Shown here: in pieces, positions 24,131 to 37,062 of the stretch
Numbering within the stretch: position 1 is the first letter of the stretch
Layout of the letters: the number at the start of each line of letters is the position of its first letter
NCBI RefSeq assembly: GCF_035594765.1
Contig: NC_085841.1
Coordinates: 314,783,402 to 314,847,401, forward strand
Direction: 5' to 3'
Length of the DNA stretch: 64,000 nt
Origin: Anolis carolinensis
Taxonomy: Eukaryota
The notes under the pieces: generated by a model
What the model was told of the DNA's origin: nothing
The model's database searches: none
Seen by the model: the letters and a program-made list of their open reading frames with translations, nothing else
Program-made: the position numbers and the translations under genes

Positions 24131-27100
24131 CTCTAGAGGTCTCAACACTTTGCAACTTTGGAGTCACAAAAATAGGTTTAAAAATAAAGAAAAAATCTTA
24201 TAACTTGCTTAGAGTCGTGTGATTTTTTTTGGAAGAGAGGTGCTGCGGCTCAACAACAAATCAATTCTGCTCTTTTTTTGCTGGAACTGTAGTTTATTAC
24301 TGTTTCATTATTTTTCCTTCTTCTCGCTCACTCACTTTTGATAGCTCAACCATAGGAACTTTTCCAAAAGCAACTGCAAATCTAATAATTTGTTCTGTTT
24401 GCATCTACATTCATACAAATTAATAACAAGAAAGTATGTGCCCATTTATAAGAGCAAGAAGGGAATCTTCCTAAAATTCTCAGTAACATTAGTGACCTTG
24501 GGGATCTTTAAAGAACCAGGAAGTTGGATTTGGAGAATGAAAATAATAGATAACAATCTTTCCATTCTCCAAATCCAAATTTCTGGTTCTTTTTACTGAA
24601 AGGCAGCTCCTAGGAATACACTAGAGCTGCAGAATATTAAGTATGAGCAAGATGTCCATTCTGATGCAAAGCTTGGAACATTAACACTAGAAAAGTGGGA
24701 CTAATAAATTGTTAACATTTATAATAAAATAGTTTATTTGGTTGACTAATTGGTTTGTTTCCCAAATAAACCATGAGATTCAGAGAGAGTGGCATATCTG
24801 TTGTCACTGTAAATCAGACTTTTAATGTCTTGTTTTGTTACTCTCTCTTTTAAAAGAGTTCTTTTTGTTGTTTCCAAGGTTATCTTCTCCGCAGTGGCAT
24901 TTCCCATGTGTGTTTGATTGCAAGTGGCTAGAGATTGTGGGATTTGTAGTGCGATATCTCTGGAAACTCCAGGTTAGAACAGTCTGACATAAAGCATGAG
25001 ATGTTAAATTTAAACTTATCACTGATCTCCATCTTTTTTCTTTTCCTCCACCAACAATATATATGGTCCCAGGGGTTGTTTGCCTGGACTGGGAAAAATG
25101 AATACAGGATTATGGGTTCATATTGGTTAGGGGACATAGATCCAGTGCAGTAGTAAAAGGTAGCCAAATTGGATGAGGAATCTGTCAATGTTTTTAACTG
25201 GACATATTTTGAATGCTTCTGAGCACATGCATCCTCTATTTGCCCGCTTAGGATCACAAAATGCAGCCTACACAGGTCAATGCTACAGTCCATGTTTTTC
25301 TAGCAGGACATAAATCCCCAAATTCAATTCAAGGTCGTGCTACCTCCAGTTTCTAACCGTCGTCTTTTTGAGAACATGTGAACATTATGGCAAAACCTCT
25401 TACTCTGATGTTATTGTTGTCTACTTTCAAGTAATTTCCAACTTACAGCAACCCTGTCATGGGGCTTTCCAGGAAATATTTGTTTTGATGGAATTTGCGA
25501 TTGCCAACACATTAACTAATTACAACTTGTGGAGGACCAGGGTAATTAACTAAACTCTGAGTATGAATGGAGGGAGAGCTTGTGAAATCCTATAAGTGAA
25601 ACCCATTGAAATAATGCACCTGCCTGATTTACCCTCAATGTAATAGCACTTCCAAAGGTAGTTCGCCCTGCAAATGAATGTCAGACATTTTCTTTCTTTT
25701 TTTTTTTTAGCACAACATGGGCCTCCTTCTCTGGACATCTTCAGAAAGAGGATGGGCAGATCCCTCCTGTGGATGCTTTACCTGGCGATCCTGCACTAAG
25801 CAAAGAATTGAACTCAATGGTCCAAAGGGCCCCTTTCAACTCTATGCCTCTTAGAATTCCAGCCTCTTTATCACTATAGTCAACACATGCACTGAAGGGA
25901 TTCAAGTATGACCAACATTTTCAAGCTTTCCAGCAAAGAAACAACTACAAAATCTAACCTTTACCTCCTGTATCAACTGGCTTCTGGCTGACACGGCAGA
26001 CATGAAACCAGAAGACATTTCACACCTACTCTAATTGTTCTAAAGAAATCCAGGTCACCCTTTTGGCCTTAACTGAATCTAAGAAGTCCCATATCAACTG
26101 TTCATTCTACCATATGTTGTGCAATTTATTCTGGTATATTATTTTCTTTTATTGCATTTTGTGGGAATCCAGATGTTCCACTATCCTTATCAGAACAAAA
26201 ATGTCCTTATTTGGTGGGGGATATATTTGTTGATGGTATTGAAAAGGTTATGACCAGAGAAAGGTTGCAAACTGCTGCATCAAGAATTCCAGAAAGACTT
26301 ATGATTCTAGTGAAGTGGACAAGAAAATGGAAGAGGATTTTACTTTTGCAGAGCTGAAAACAATAATAATAAACAGTAAAAGGCACTTGCTTTCAGTTGC
26401 TTAAGAAAAGGCCTTCCCTTGAATTAAAATGGCCCAGAGGGGTTTAAATCAAACCCATGGTGAAAATGTTCCTACAGATCCCCATTGGATATTGGGGCAC
26501 AACATTGATTCTTCTCAGGGGTACAATATGGGATACAGCCCTCCAAAATCTCTTGAGAAGCACATGTGGTCCTCAACCCTTCACAGTAGTCCACAAATAA
26601 TTTTGAGAGTAAAGATAAAGGAGGAAACAATAGACATAGATGTGGAAAGAAAGAGACAAAAAGAGACGACACGAGGGCAGGGGGAAGTCAGAGGTTTGAG
26701 AACTCCAATTAGGTTCTTGAACTGTCCTCTTCAAGGAAGAGGGAGATTCAAGATCATGACATCTAGTTACAGAATTCCAAATGAAAACAGAGGCGGTAAA
26801 TAAAATACAATGATGGATAGTATGACCACAACATACATATTGCCCAGAATATGGGGAAGAATCTTTGAAAGTCTTGAACAAGTATGGAAGTATGGTTAGA
26901 AAATATATTTGGGACAGAAAGAGAGAGTATTAAAATGCTTATTTATAGTTGTAGTTGAGGGAGAGAGAGGGATGCTTTGCATGTGTATTTTGGACCAAAA
27001 ATAGAGAACGGTACAATTTCTTTTACAGTTGGCAATCATAGGCCCAACCTGGAAGCTTTCAAAAGAATTTTTTTCCTAAGGAATAGTGCTATTCTGACTG

Positions 27101-27394
27101 ATTAAATTAGGAGGATTTTTGTGCAGTATTAATTACCGTAGTCCAAATAGAGCACACTTGTTCTTTCCAAATTGCTGTTTCCAAATGGAAAGGGAAAAAA
27201 GTACAAACTCAGTCTGACTCCTAAGTTACTATCTTCAGTTTCAGGGGAAATAAGGTGACACCATAAGTTGGTGGATGCCTGGGATATAAATAAATCCTCA
27301 TTAAGTGACTATGTGTGCTGTGTGTGTGTGTGTGTGTGTGTGTGTCTTTCTAACCCCACCAATACCCTTGCAGTGGGTGGATAAGAAATGAATG

Positions 27395-27885
27395 TATTAT
27401 ATCTTGATTCCAGTAAGGTTTTTGACAAGGTCCCTCATTGTATTCTGGCAGACAAATTGGTAAAATGTGAGCAAGACAATACAACTCTTGTGTGGGTCTT
27501 CAACTAGTTAAAAGAATGAACTCAAAGAGTGTTCATCAATTATTCCTTTTCATTTTGGATAGAAGTGATTAGTGATATGATGTCTCAGTACCAAGCATAG
27601 TGATGTTTATAATGATGCAATAGAAGTCAGATAATACTAAATTAGAAGGAAAGGATCAGGAACAAGATTGAAGCTCTAGGTGGAAATTAACAAATTGAAA
27701 CTCATCAATGTATCTCAAAACTTTGGGGTATGAATGAAGTGCCCAAATATAGGATGGACAACATCTGGCTTGAAAGCACTATATGTGAAAAGTGTCTAGG
27801 GGTCTTATCGGATCACAGCAGCATGATATAGCAGCTAAAAGTGCCAATGCTCTTCTAGGCCCCATAAACAGGAATATGATGTCCG
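27395..27885 (+). mobile_element. Old CR1 RT fragment
   Basis: YLDSSKVFDKVPH.ILADKLVKC and downstream degenerate CR1 ORF2 sequence. Confidence 0.7.
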
Positions 27886-29229
27886 AGAGATGGTAGCACC
27901 GCCCATCGGATTTCATATGCTCACTTCTGGTGGGGCTCCGTGGCTCAAAAGGGGTGCAAGCGCCCTCTACAATCCTCTGCCAGGAACAAGGGAGGCTTTC
28001 TGTGTTCCATTTGAAACCATGGGGCCAGCATGGGGGGAAGTTGCACAGCAATGCTTCCCCATGTGTGATGGTGAAGCATTACTGCCGGCAAGACAAGGCA
28101 TGGGGTGGGGGATTGCCCTGCTGCCCCACCGATTTGCCACGGAGACTTCCCTGTCAACACTGAGTCCCTACATACACCTTAAAACAGTTCTGGATTCCCT
28201 GCAAACATACCTGACCTATCAGAAATATCCAGTGGACACACAGACAGAGTCAAAAACATTCTCCTCTCCAAAGAAGGGAGAAAGGCACCCATGCATTTAA
28301 ATTTAAAAATCAGACAGTGCCCCTAGGATACGCCTCACTGGCTCCTAAGCTTTTCAGGTAGTGAAGGCAGTCTTTCTGAAAGCAGTTTGTCTGGACCGCT
28401 GAAAAACAGCATCTGAAAGCAGCTCACCGTTTTTCTTCATAAGAATGGTTCCAGCGTGCCAAAGAAAGTGTGAAGATGTCCAAATATGTGTAACATTAGA
28501 GCAGCACTGATATTGCAGTTCTGTACTTGTTGCCTCAGTCCCACATGAAAGTTAATATAGCATTGCACCTTAAACATTATATTTTTACTTGTGTTGTCAT
28601 CCCCCTCAGGCAAAAAGATGCAAGTGTAATTTCTGATTATATGATGTGAAGGTTTCAATCAGCCTGGGAATTATTGTTGTGTGCCTTCAAGTTATTTCTT
28701 TGTTCTCTCTCTTTCCATTTTAAAAGATTTATTAGCTCCCTTGTGAGCAAAAATACATTGGCTACCCACAGTGCTTATATACATAAGCAAATAGATTTTA
28801 AAAAAATCAATAAACAGTGGGCTATGAAGTAATCATTGTCACGAAAGTCTCATTTATCAAGGATGAAGTTAGTGTTTCTTAAAATCTGTTCATCAGTTAT
28901 CAATTGCAGGAATATGGTGTTGGGATGTAAAGTTTCTTTCTAAAATGATTACTGGATGGTTGGAGGTGGCTGCTGGTGCAAGTGATTATTTATATCATGG
29001 ATTCCCAACTAAGGCCCATGGGACAGATGTGGCCTTCCAAGGTCATATCTCTGTCTCCCCCCCCCCCCCAAAAAAAACCCCTTTAGATTTAGAGTCACCC
29101 TAAATCTTAAATGACTTGAAGACACACAACAACAACAATCCTAATTAACTTGACTTAATTAACTTAATCAGCCAAAAACAGGCCCAAACTTCTACTGAAA
29201 TACTAGGAAGTTTATGTATGATAACATTG

Positions 29230-29323
29230 GGGTTGTTGTAGAAGTTCTAGAAGTATTCTCTCCTGACGTTTCACCCACATCTATGGCAGGCATCCTCAGA
29301 GGTTGTGAGGCATGGAGAAATGT
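29230..29323 (-). mobile_element. Penelope-like element terminal-repeat fragment
   Basis: Same repeat as 50478-50690 and 57820-57920; flanked by duplicated taacattg. Confidence 0.75.
29262..29302 (-). ncRNA. Minimal type I hammerhead ribozyme (Penelope-associated)
   Basis: Minus strand: CCT-CTGAGGA-T-GCCTGC catagat GTGGGT-GAAA-CG-TC|AGG. CUGANGA and GAAA cores, stem II, short stem I (cct/agg) and GUC cleavage site are all present. Confidence 0.7.
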
Positions 29324-30935
29324 TAACATTGTTCTTAATTTTAAATATTGTATAGTTGTCTTATTATTTTTGCACTACAAATAAGATATGTACAGTGTGC
29401 ATAGGCATTTGCTCATTTTTTTCATACGAAAGTTCCCCCCCTCCCCAAACAATCGGAGGGACCATAAACCAGTCCTCTGCTTAAAAAGTTTGAGGACCTC
29501 TGATTTATATAGTCAATAAAGATAAACCAGTCTTCTTGTAATATGTTGTCTCTTTTTTGTCCATTGCAATATTTAGCTGAATGAGAACGTTTCTCCGTGA
29601 ACCAAGTGACTAAATCTGTCTCCAGAAGATCAATGTATGATTTCTTGATTTCCAACACTTGGCTGCCTTCCTGATTTATGATAATCCTTAAGTGAATGTA
29701 TCACTGGGTTTTTTCACTGTAGTCCACTGGAATTTCGAACCCAAATTTTCCAGAGTCATAATCCAACACACAAACCACTACACCATACTAGAGAGAGATA
29801 GAATTAAATTAGTTCCCACAACAAACATTTTGCAGGGATATCTCAATTATTCTTTCTGAAGTAGTCTTTTTCTTTTGTCAAGAAGTCTGCAGATTTGGCC
29901 AAGTCAATGCCTTCAGGGTCAATGCAGATAGTCTTCTACTACTCACAGAAATCTGGTGGGAAACCAATCATCACAGTATTTACCACTCCCTATTTGGAAT
30001 TGTGAATCCAAAGGAAGGAAGGAAGACAGAAGTTATTATGATAGAGAACAGAGCTTCCAACAATCCTATAAGCCAGAGCCAAGGGGCTTCATGTATTTCT
30101 AAAGCACTTCCATGTGTTCATGGAAGCTGTGCCCATGTACTCTTTTTCCTACAGCTGCTCACAGTGTGTTAGATACCACTCTGGAGAGAGCATGGGAGCC
30201 ATAGTGTTTTCAGCACCCAAAAATGAAAAAAGTAGTGGAAACTTTGAGAATCCTGCCTAAACATACATTTATTCATTTTGTCTCTAAGCTGTTCCATAGG
30301 CTCCAGGAGGAACTATATAACATATTTGTTGGGAGGAGGAAGCTTCAAGAACTCTTTAAAATCAAACCATGTGAAATCCAACTCTGTTTCCTCCTCATAA
30401 AGCTGGATCTTGCATGTGGCAGCACAAGCACATGATTTTGCACTTCTGTGTTATTAATTTAATTCACCACATATAAATGTGGGCTTTATCACACCAGCCT
30501 GTGTCTTGCATTACCCACCTTGCCAGAAGGGCAGTCACGTGGGGGGAAGCGTGGTGTGTGAGTGGTATGCACAGCTTCCCCCCATAGATTGGGCAACACG
30601 GGAAGTCTCCCATGTTGTTAGGGCAGTGCAGCATGCTGGTTCTGACCCTCTGTGCCCATGGAACTGGCACAGCATCATTTAATGGAGCCAACTGGCTCCA
30701 CGGGTGACCAGGGCTAGATTGGTGTTTGCCGCCGAATCTAGCCCTGTCAATGAGGTCGTATGTGGCATGGATTTGCTCCACTCACCCTGCTAGTGGCACT
30801 ATATACATGTTGATTTCCCATTTTGGGCCCTTCCAGTTTTCCTAATTGACTCCATCTCTGGGATCTCAAGACTACACAAAGTGCATCTACACTGTAGAAT
30901 TAATGCAGTTTGACGCCACTTTAATTGCCTTGGAT

Positions 30936-31222
30936 CAGGCATGTAGCCGGGGGGGGGGGGGCTTGAGGGGCTTGAGCCCCCCCCCCCCCCAAAATTCTCA
31001 GGGTGGTCCATGAGAAAGCCTTACATTTATTATGTAAACTCTTATGTTTATTCATATCATTATCTGATCACCATGCTTAATATATCCCGTATGCATGGGG
31101 GTATTGGGGTAACCATACAAAAGGTTTGCTAGGGTAGACCCTCTCCTGCTCAGACTCAGCCCCCCCTCCCCCCAAACCAAAATCCCAGCCCCTTTTGAAA
31201 CAAAATCCTGGCTACGGGCCTG
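30936..31222. mobile_element. hAT non-autonomous element
   Basis: TIRs caggcatgtagcc / ggctacgggcctg; perfect 8-bp TSD ccttggat. Confidence 0.88.
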
Positions 31223-31375
31223 CCTTGGATCAATGCTATGGAATATTGGGAGTTGTTCCTTTAGAAAGTCTTTAGCTTTCTCAGCCAAAAAGTGCATACC
31301 AAACTACAAATCCCAGGATTCCTTCAGCCAAAGTCATGGTAGTTAAAGTGGTGTCAAACTATATTCATTCTATAG

Positions 31376-31513
31376 CAGGTGTGCACGATCTGTGGCTCTC
31401 CAGGTGTTTGAGATTCCAACTCCCGAGAAGTCCTATCCAGCTTGTCCAGCTTGCTAGGAATTCTGGGAGCTGAAGTCCAAAACACCTGGAGTGCCACAAG
31501 TTGTGTAGTCCTG
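31376..31513. mobile_element. hAT MITE
   Basis: cagg...cctg ends, palindromic body, TSD ttctatag/ttctacag. Confidence 0.8.
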
Positions 31514-32099
31514 TTCTACAGTGTGGATGCACCCTAGGTTGCTTCATGAACTCTGATGACACTCTTAAGACAGTTTACACACCTGGTAATACTCTTGGAA
31601 CCAGGAAGAAGATAGCAAAAAATGCTTCCAACCACCATCACCCCAATCTCCTTTCTGCTCCTTCCTTCACAAGGTGTGTATCTCAGCCCCATCCTTAGCC
31701 AGAACAGTCTTCTGGCAAGAATTATTCTGAAATCCTTGTGTCCGCTAGTAAGAGAAAAGCCCTTTCCAAAACCCAAACAAGCTCACATGCAACAAAGTCT
31801 GTGTCTGGAATGACAAACACAGGAAATTAAATACAAAACTAGGTTACAATAGCAAAAAGTATCGGACTCAAATCAACCCAAACAAAAGTGCACAGAGTTT
31901 AAATGTTCTGTCCCACATTACAGTTTGTCCATAGCATGCAAGTCAGTCTGAATTTCAAAAGGAGTTTTCAACAATTGAATGCACTTTAGTGACCAAATTG
32001 GATATTTGTCTCTCCATCTTCCCTAATCCCAACTACCTTCCCAGATAAGTACAGAACATCATTTCAACTCTTGCATCATGAGAGAAATCCAACTTATCT

Positions 32100-32313
32100 G
32101 GGTGCATTTATACTGCAGAATTAATGCAGTTCTGACACCATCTTAACCGCCATGACTCAATGCTATGGAATCATGGCAGTTGCAGTTTTACAAGGTCTTT
32201 AGCCTTCTTTGGCAAAGAGTGCTGGTGTCTCATCAAACTACAACTCATAGAATTCAATAACACTGAGCAACAACAATTAAAGTGGTGTGAGACTGCATTA
32301 ATTCTACAATGGT
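32100..32313. mobile_element. Harbinger-like palindromic MITE
   Basis: gggtgcatttatactgcagaattaatgcag...ctgcattaattctac. Confidence 0.75.
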
Positions 32314-33019
32314 CTGTTTTCTACAAAGCAGATGGTCAGATGTCAGAAAAAGGACATAAAGTCGATGGCATCCTCTATGTATCTCTACACCCCAAATTCT
32401 CCCTTACAACTTTTTGAAAATAAATGGGACTCTTCTCTCCCCTTAAAGTCAGTTGTCAATGAAAGGGGAGGTTTATGTTGGGTCTAAAGGGCCTGTTTCT
32501 TGCATCCCACCAAAAGACTAGGAGTTCATTTCTTCTGGTTTAAATGGCAGCATGGATTGAAAGGGAGCTGAGAGTAATAAGCATTTCATTTCCATACTAC
32601 ACTGAATTGATTTTTTATCAGAACTGAGATGCTTGCTTGCTTGTCCTATATCTAAGTATGTGACTCTTCTTCAGGCACTTAGATGCAAAAGTAGGATTGC
32701 TCCCCTCAGACATATTTAAGAGGAATGCCAACATTATTCAAAGACAGACACCTAGAAGAATCTACTTCTCAATTTCTTTCTTGCCTGTCAACTTATGGTA
32801 ACCTATGAAGTTTTCTTAGGAAATACTCAGAGGTGTTGTGCCATTTTCTTCCTCTGAAAGCAGACTAAAGCAGCTGGTATTCTCTGGCAGCCTCCTTTCC
32901 AAGTACTTGATAGGCCTGAGCCAAAATCAGACCAGGACAGGATCTGGTGCCTTCAGTGTATTTAGAGTGGGACTACTATTTTCTTTGACCTGGATGCTAT
33001 ACTCTTGTTGGCACAGTCT

Positions 33020-33600
33020 AGAATTGCCTTGGCATTTTGGCCACCACATCATGCTGTTGATTCATGTTTCATTATGACCTACTAAGAGTCTTATATTTTT
33101 CTACATGTACTGCTTTCAAGTCAAGCGTCACCCATCCTGCATTTAAGCAATTCGTTTTTCCTGCCTAGATGTATTATCTTAAATTTATCCCTGTTGAAAT
33201 TCATTTTTTTTAGTTTCTCTAGTTTCTCTCAAGGTTATTTTAAACTCTGAATCTGCCCTCTGGGATATTTTCTACCATCGCTCCATTTGGGTCATCAGTG
33301 AATTTGATAAGCATGTTTTGCATCCCATCATCTAAATCAGTGTGGTCCAACCTTTAGTTACCCGAGGGTCAATCAAACTTCAATATAGGAATGTGAGGGT
33401 CAGAGACATTCCAGAAAGAAAACAAATTGCATAATTAATATTGAATTACATAATTAAAATATTAACAATTAATTACATAACTAAAATATTTTTTCCAGTA
33501 AGAAGAGCAAGGGCCAACAAAAATGAATTGGTGGGCCACATGCGGGCTGGAGGTTGGACCACACTGATCTAAATCATTTAGAAAGAGTCAGTCAATATCA
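33020..33600 (-). mobile_element. Old CR1 RT fragment with nested hAT MITE
   Basis: Minus strand shows FLNDLDDGM..MLIKFTDD and MNFNRDKFK.IHLGRKN-like CR1 RT remnants. Confidence 0.65.
33338..33566. mobile_element. hAT MITE
   Basis: Perfect 16-bp TIR cagtgtggtccaacct; perfect 8-bp TSD atctaaat. Confidence 0.92.
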
Positions 33601-34857
33601 GGCCCAGTTTTTCGGTGGTTTTCTTTTTTGCGTGAATCTATTGGGAAGGGCAAGATTCCACCTCTTCCTCTCATCTCTCTGTTGTGGAGTTCATTGAGTA
33701 TAAACTACTTTTGTGCTTTGAACTCAGTTTACAGCAACTGAAGTAAATTAAGGACAAAGGGAGAAAATGAGAACAAGTGAGAGACTCTGGGGTCTTTTAA
33801 AACCAGCTGGAAAAGTGGGACAGCAGAGGATTAATCAAGACTGTTCTGCCTAAATTGGAGAGTTGGAGAGTAAGTTACTATTCTGTACCATTCCTAGTCT
33901 TTTTAAAACCTCTGAGAGACTGCTGGAGCTAGTTAAAAATTCTGCAGAGCCCCTGGTCTACATGCTATGGCTTTTCCTTCTCTTTCTCCCTCTCTGTTTT
34001 CTCTCCCCTCCCCAGAATTGGCACTTAAAATTCTTCATTTTCCACAGATGCTTACTTTTTTTTCTAGCAAAGCTCAAGAAAGAAACAAAGGCATTTTGGA
34101 TGAGTAGATAATGGTAAGATTATGTTTTGTAAGACTTGATGTAAAGGAGGTTACTGAAGTGGGGGAACAGGGAACACCCTCCTCTGAACATTTTCTGTAT
34201 CTCTACAAAATGTCCCCCATCTGCATCTCCTCCTGCAGGAGGGCCCATAATATTGAAGAGCATCCGCTTGCTTGCTTGCTATTTCTCGATCATCGTGGCC
34301 CATATCAGAGTAAATAAACAGCCAGGCACTATCCCAGACAATGGGCCCGGGCGATGAATTAATAAACTCTGCCTCTCACATTAGCAGAGTGTGACTGGAA
34401 CTGGCAGGAGTCCCTGGCTAGACTCCAGAAACTATTATTACTAGACTGAGCCAAAGGAGTCTTGGCACGAAGCAGGGCCCACAGCTGGAGATTAGGTAAC
34501 AGAGTCGGAGCGCTCCGAGAGCTGCCAGGGTGTTGGCCATTGTGCCTGAAGAGAGGGTCAAAACGCTGTTTCTGAAGCTCACTGCTGCACGCACAAGGCA
34601 CCTCCACAACGTGCAGCAGTACAGACTGTAACAGCAGAGAAAGATTCTAAAAAAGATTTTAAAGGAAGGGGATCTGTTCTTCCAAATGCCATGGGGTGCT
34701 TACAACAGCAATTTATCTCTGGTCTACTAAGTAGCATGGGAAGTGCTGCTTGCCAACACAAGCTTTGCGGTTCTCAGGTGGTTGTTTGGTTTCAATCCAA
34801 GTAAGTTACTTCTGATGCTTCTTACCTTCCCACAAAACACACACACACACACAAACA

Positions 34858-35489
34858 CACTCCCATCCAGACAGGCCCAAAAACCAGGATACATCTCAGT
34901 TTTACTGGTGGCATTCAAATGATGCCTCCAGGAAAACTGGATTAATTCAGAACAAACCAAGGTTTCCCTGGTTTGATCCAAATTAATTAGATACCCCATT
35001 AGATCTGGGCCTACCTGAAAGGCTATTGGGCCTGTGGGGACTCACTACTGGGTAGTCCTGGGACTACCCGGGGGCGAGTCCCGATTGCCATCTTGCACCT
35101 TTTGAGCTCTTGGAGCCCAAAGGTGCGGGATGGCACCCACCCCTCCCTCCAAGCCCCAAAATAGCCCCTAACAAGATTTTCCTCCTTGCCCCCCCCCCCC
35201 AATCTCCCAACGTGTCATTTCCTTGCACTAGGAGGGTGCAAGGAGGAACATAATGGTGGCTAGGTAAGTTTTCTTTACTTTTTAGGGGTTATTGAGGGGG
35301 GGACTTCAGAGTGGCTGCATGCCATCTCAATTGTTATTGGGATGGCATGTAGACACACACACACACCTGCCTGGGAAAACCAGGGGTTTTTTTGGTTTCT
35401 TTTTGGTAGGCACAAGGACTCAAATCTGCACCAAAGCGAGCTTTTAAAACACGCTTTGGCACAGATTTCTGGCCTGTCTGGAAGCACCC
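34858..35489. mobile_element. PIF/Harbinger-like non-autonomous element
   Basis: TIR core tccagacaggcc / ggcctgtctgga; internal segment related to 6730-6840. Confidence 0.6.
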
Positions 35490-36604
35490 TAAGTGTATAG
35501 ATATATAGAAAATCACATTCAGTGCCTCTCTCATTCAGCTTACATGCATAAGACTAAATAATGCAGCCATGGGAACCTCGTGTCTCCAAAGAGTCAACTG
35601 AAATGTCTAGAGATGTAGTTCAGCCTTCCTCCCTTCCTACACCTCTGACTTCCTCAGTCTAGAAAGTCAGAGGTGAGAAGCATAAAAAACAGCCTTCAGG
35701 GCCCATGTGAAGCCATAGGGCTGCAGTTTACTAGAGTTGCCAAATTAGAGATGACTCCTCTGCTTTTAATGGTTGGGCAGAAGGGGGAATTTCAGCAGGT
35801 GTTGCTTATCACACAGCCAGGTAGCAATCTACACATGTTGAAATTCGTGTTCAACACTTCCATTAAATTACAGTTTTCACTCTGGCAATGGTAATACCTC
35901 CTCTTAAGGTAGGCATCCAAACTGTCTTTTTTGAACTACAACTTCCAGTAGCTCTTGATGGCATAGCCAGGGAAGGGGAATGATTGGAGTTGCAATCAAA
36001 CAACTTATCTACACTTTGAAAAACTCTGGACTCATACAGTGATATCCTGTGAGTATTGTGGTTGTGTTTTATTCTTTTGCTTTAAAATGATTTTTCCCTG
36101 CTTTGGGTAAAGTTGGGGGATACTCCAGAGTTTGCTGGAAACTCCCCCGGTTTCAGGGCAATCTGGACAGTGGTTTGGATCTGATCTGATTTAGACCAAT
36201 GTGCTGTCCAGACTAGGCCTCAGCAACAGCACCCTTTGTGCTCATCAGGGTAGGGAAAGAAGATGGATCACACCCATGTTGCCATCACCATTCCTAACTC
36301 TCCATGGTACTCTATCTGGCTTTCTGGCCATTGCAGACACCTTCATTGACCTTAAAATAGGGCAATCTCTCTTCCTTCTCGCTAGTTGCACCAGCACCCA
36401 GTTCTGATGTCAGCAGAGGCACTCACAATAGTCAGGAGATCAAGCAAACCTCCATGGTTGGCTAGGAAAAAGCTGCAGTGGCAGCACAGAAGAGCTGAAA
36501 TGTGCTCCCGCCCCAGCGGAACAGATGTGCTCTTGGGCTATCTGAAATCAGTCCCAGATTTAGCACAAATTGTGTTGGATATGGGGCTATATGGGGGCAT
36601 ATAT

Positions 36605-37062
36605 GGGGGCCGGGCTGTGGCGCAGGCTGTTGAAATCACTCTGACCATGAGGTCATGAGTTCAAGGCCAGCCCGTGGCGGGGTGAGCATCCGTCAATTAA
36701 AAATAAAAATAAAAATAGCCCCTGCTCGTTGCTGACCTAGCAACCCGAAAGATAGTTGCATCTATCAAGTAGGAAATAAGGTACCACTTATAAAAAGTGG
36801 GGAGGCAAGTTTAACTAATTTACGACCTGGAATGAGGAAGTGCCGTCAGAGTGGATGATGAAGCAGCTGCTCCCCCCTGTGGCCAGAATCGAACATCCCC
36901 CCAGGAGAAGGTTAAATTGCCTCTGCATCTGTCTGTCTCGGTCTCTGTTTGATGTGTTTATGGGCATTGAATGTTTGCCATGTGTGTATAATGTGATCCG
37001 CTCTGAGTCCCCTTCGGGGTGAGAAGGGCGGAATATAAATACTGTAAATAAATAAATAAATA
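36605..37062 (+). mobile_element. Full-length tRNA-derived SINE with L2-type tail (Anolis SINE2-like)
   Basis: A/B-box-like head (gtggcgcagg ... gagttcaaggcc); tail ccgctctgagtccccttcggggtgagaagggcggaatataaata followed by (TAAA)n. Confidence 0.85.

Larger units (their letters stand above)
22852..24147 (-). mobile_element. Solo LTR-like element carrying a CR1 tail and a hAT MITE
   Basis: Inverted termini tgttgaga...tctcaaca; minus-strand AATAAA (gaggtttattacga), TATA-like and CCAAT motifs; colinear similarity to 55248-57610. No clear TSD. Confidence 0.65.
28996..29502. mobile_element. hAT non-autonomous element
   Basis: Perfect 8-bp TSD atttatat (28988-28995 and 29503-29510); CA...TG ends (aaagtttgaggacctctg). 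Confidence 0.8.
30879..31534. mobile_element. Harbinger-like palindromic MITE hosting two hAT insertions
   Basis: gtgcatctacactgtagaat ... ttctacagtgtggatgcaccc. Confidence 0.8.

Noticed and set aside
26050-26930. Possible old L1 fragments (also ~45800-46920 on the minus strand)
   Set aside because: A-rich, L1-like wording but no unambiguous motif or boundaries by eye.
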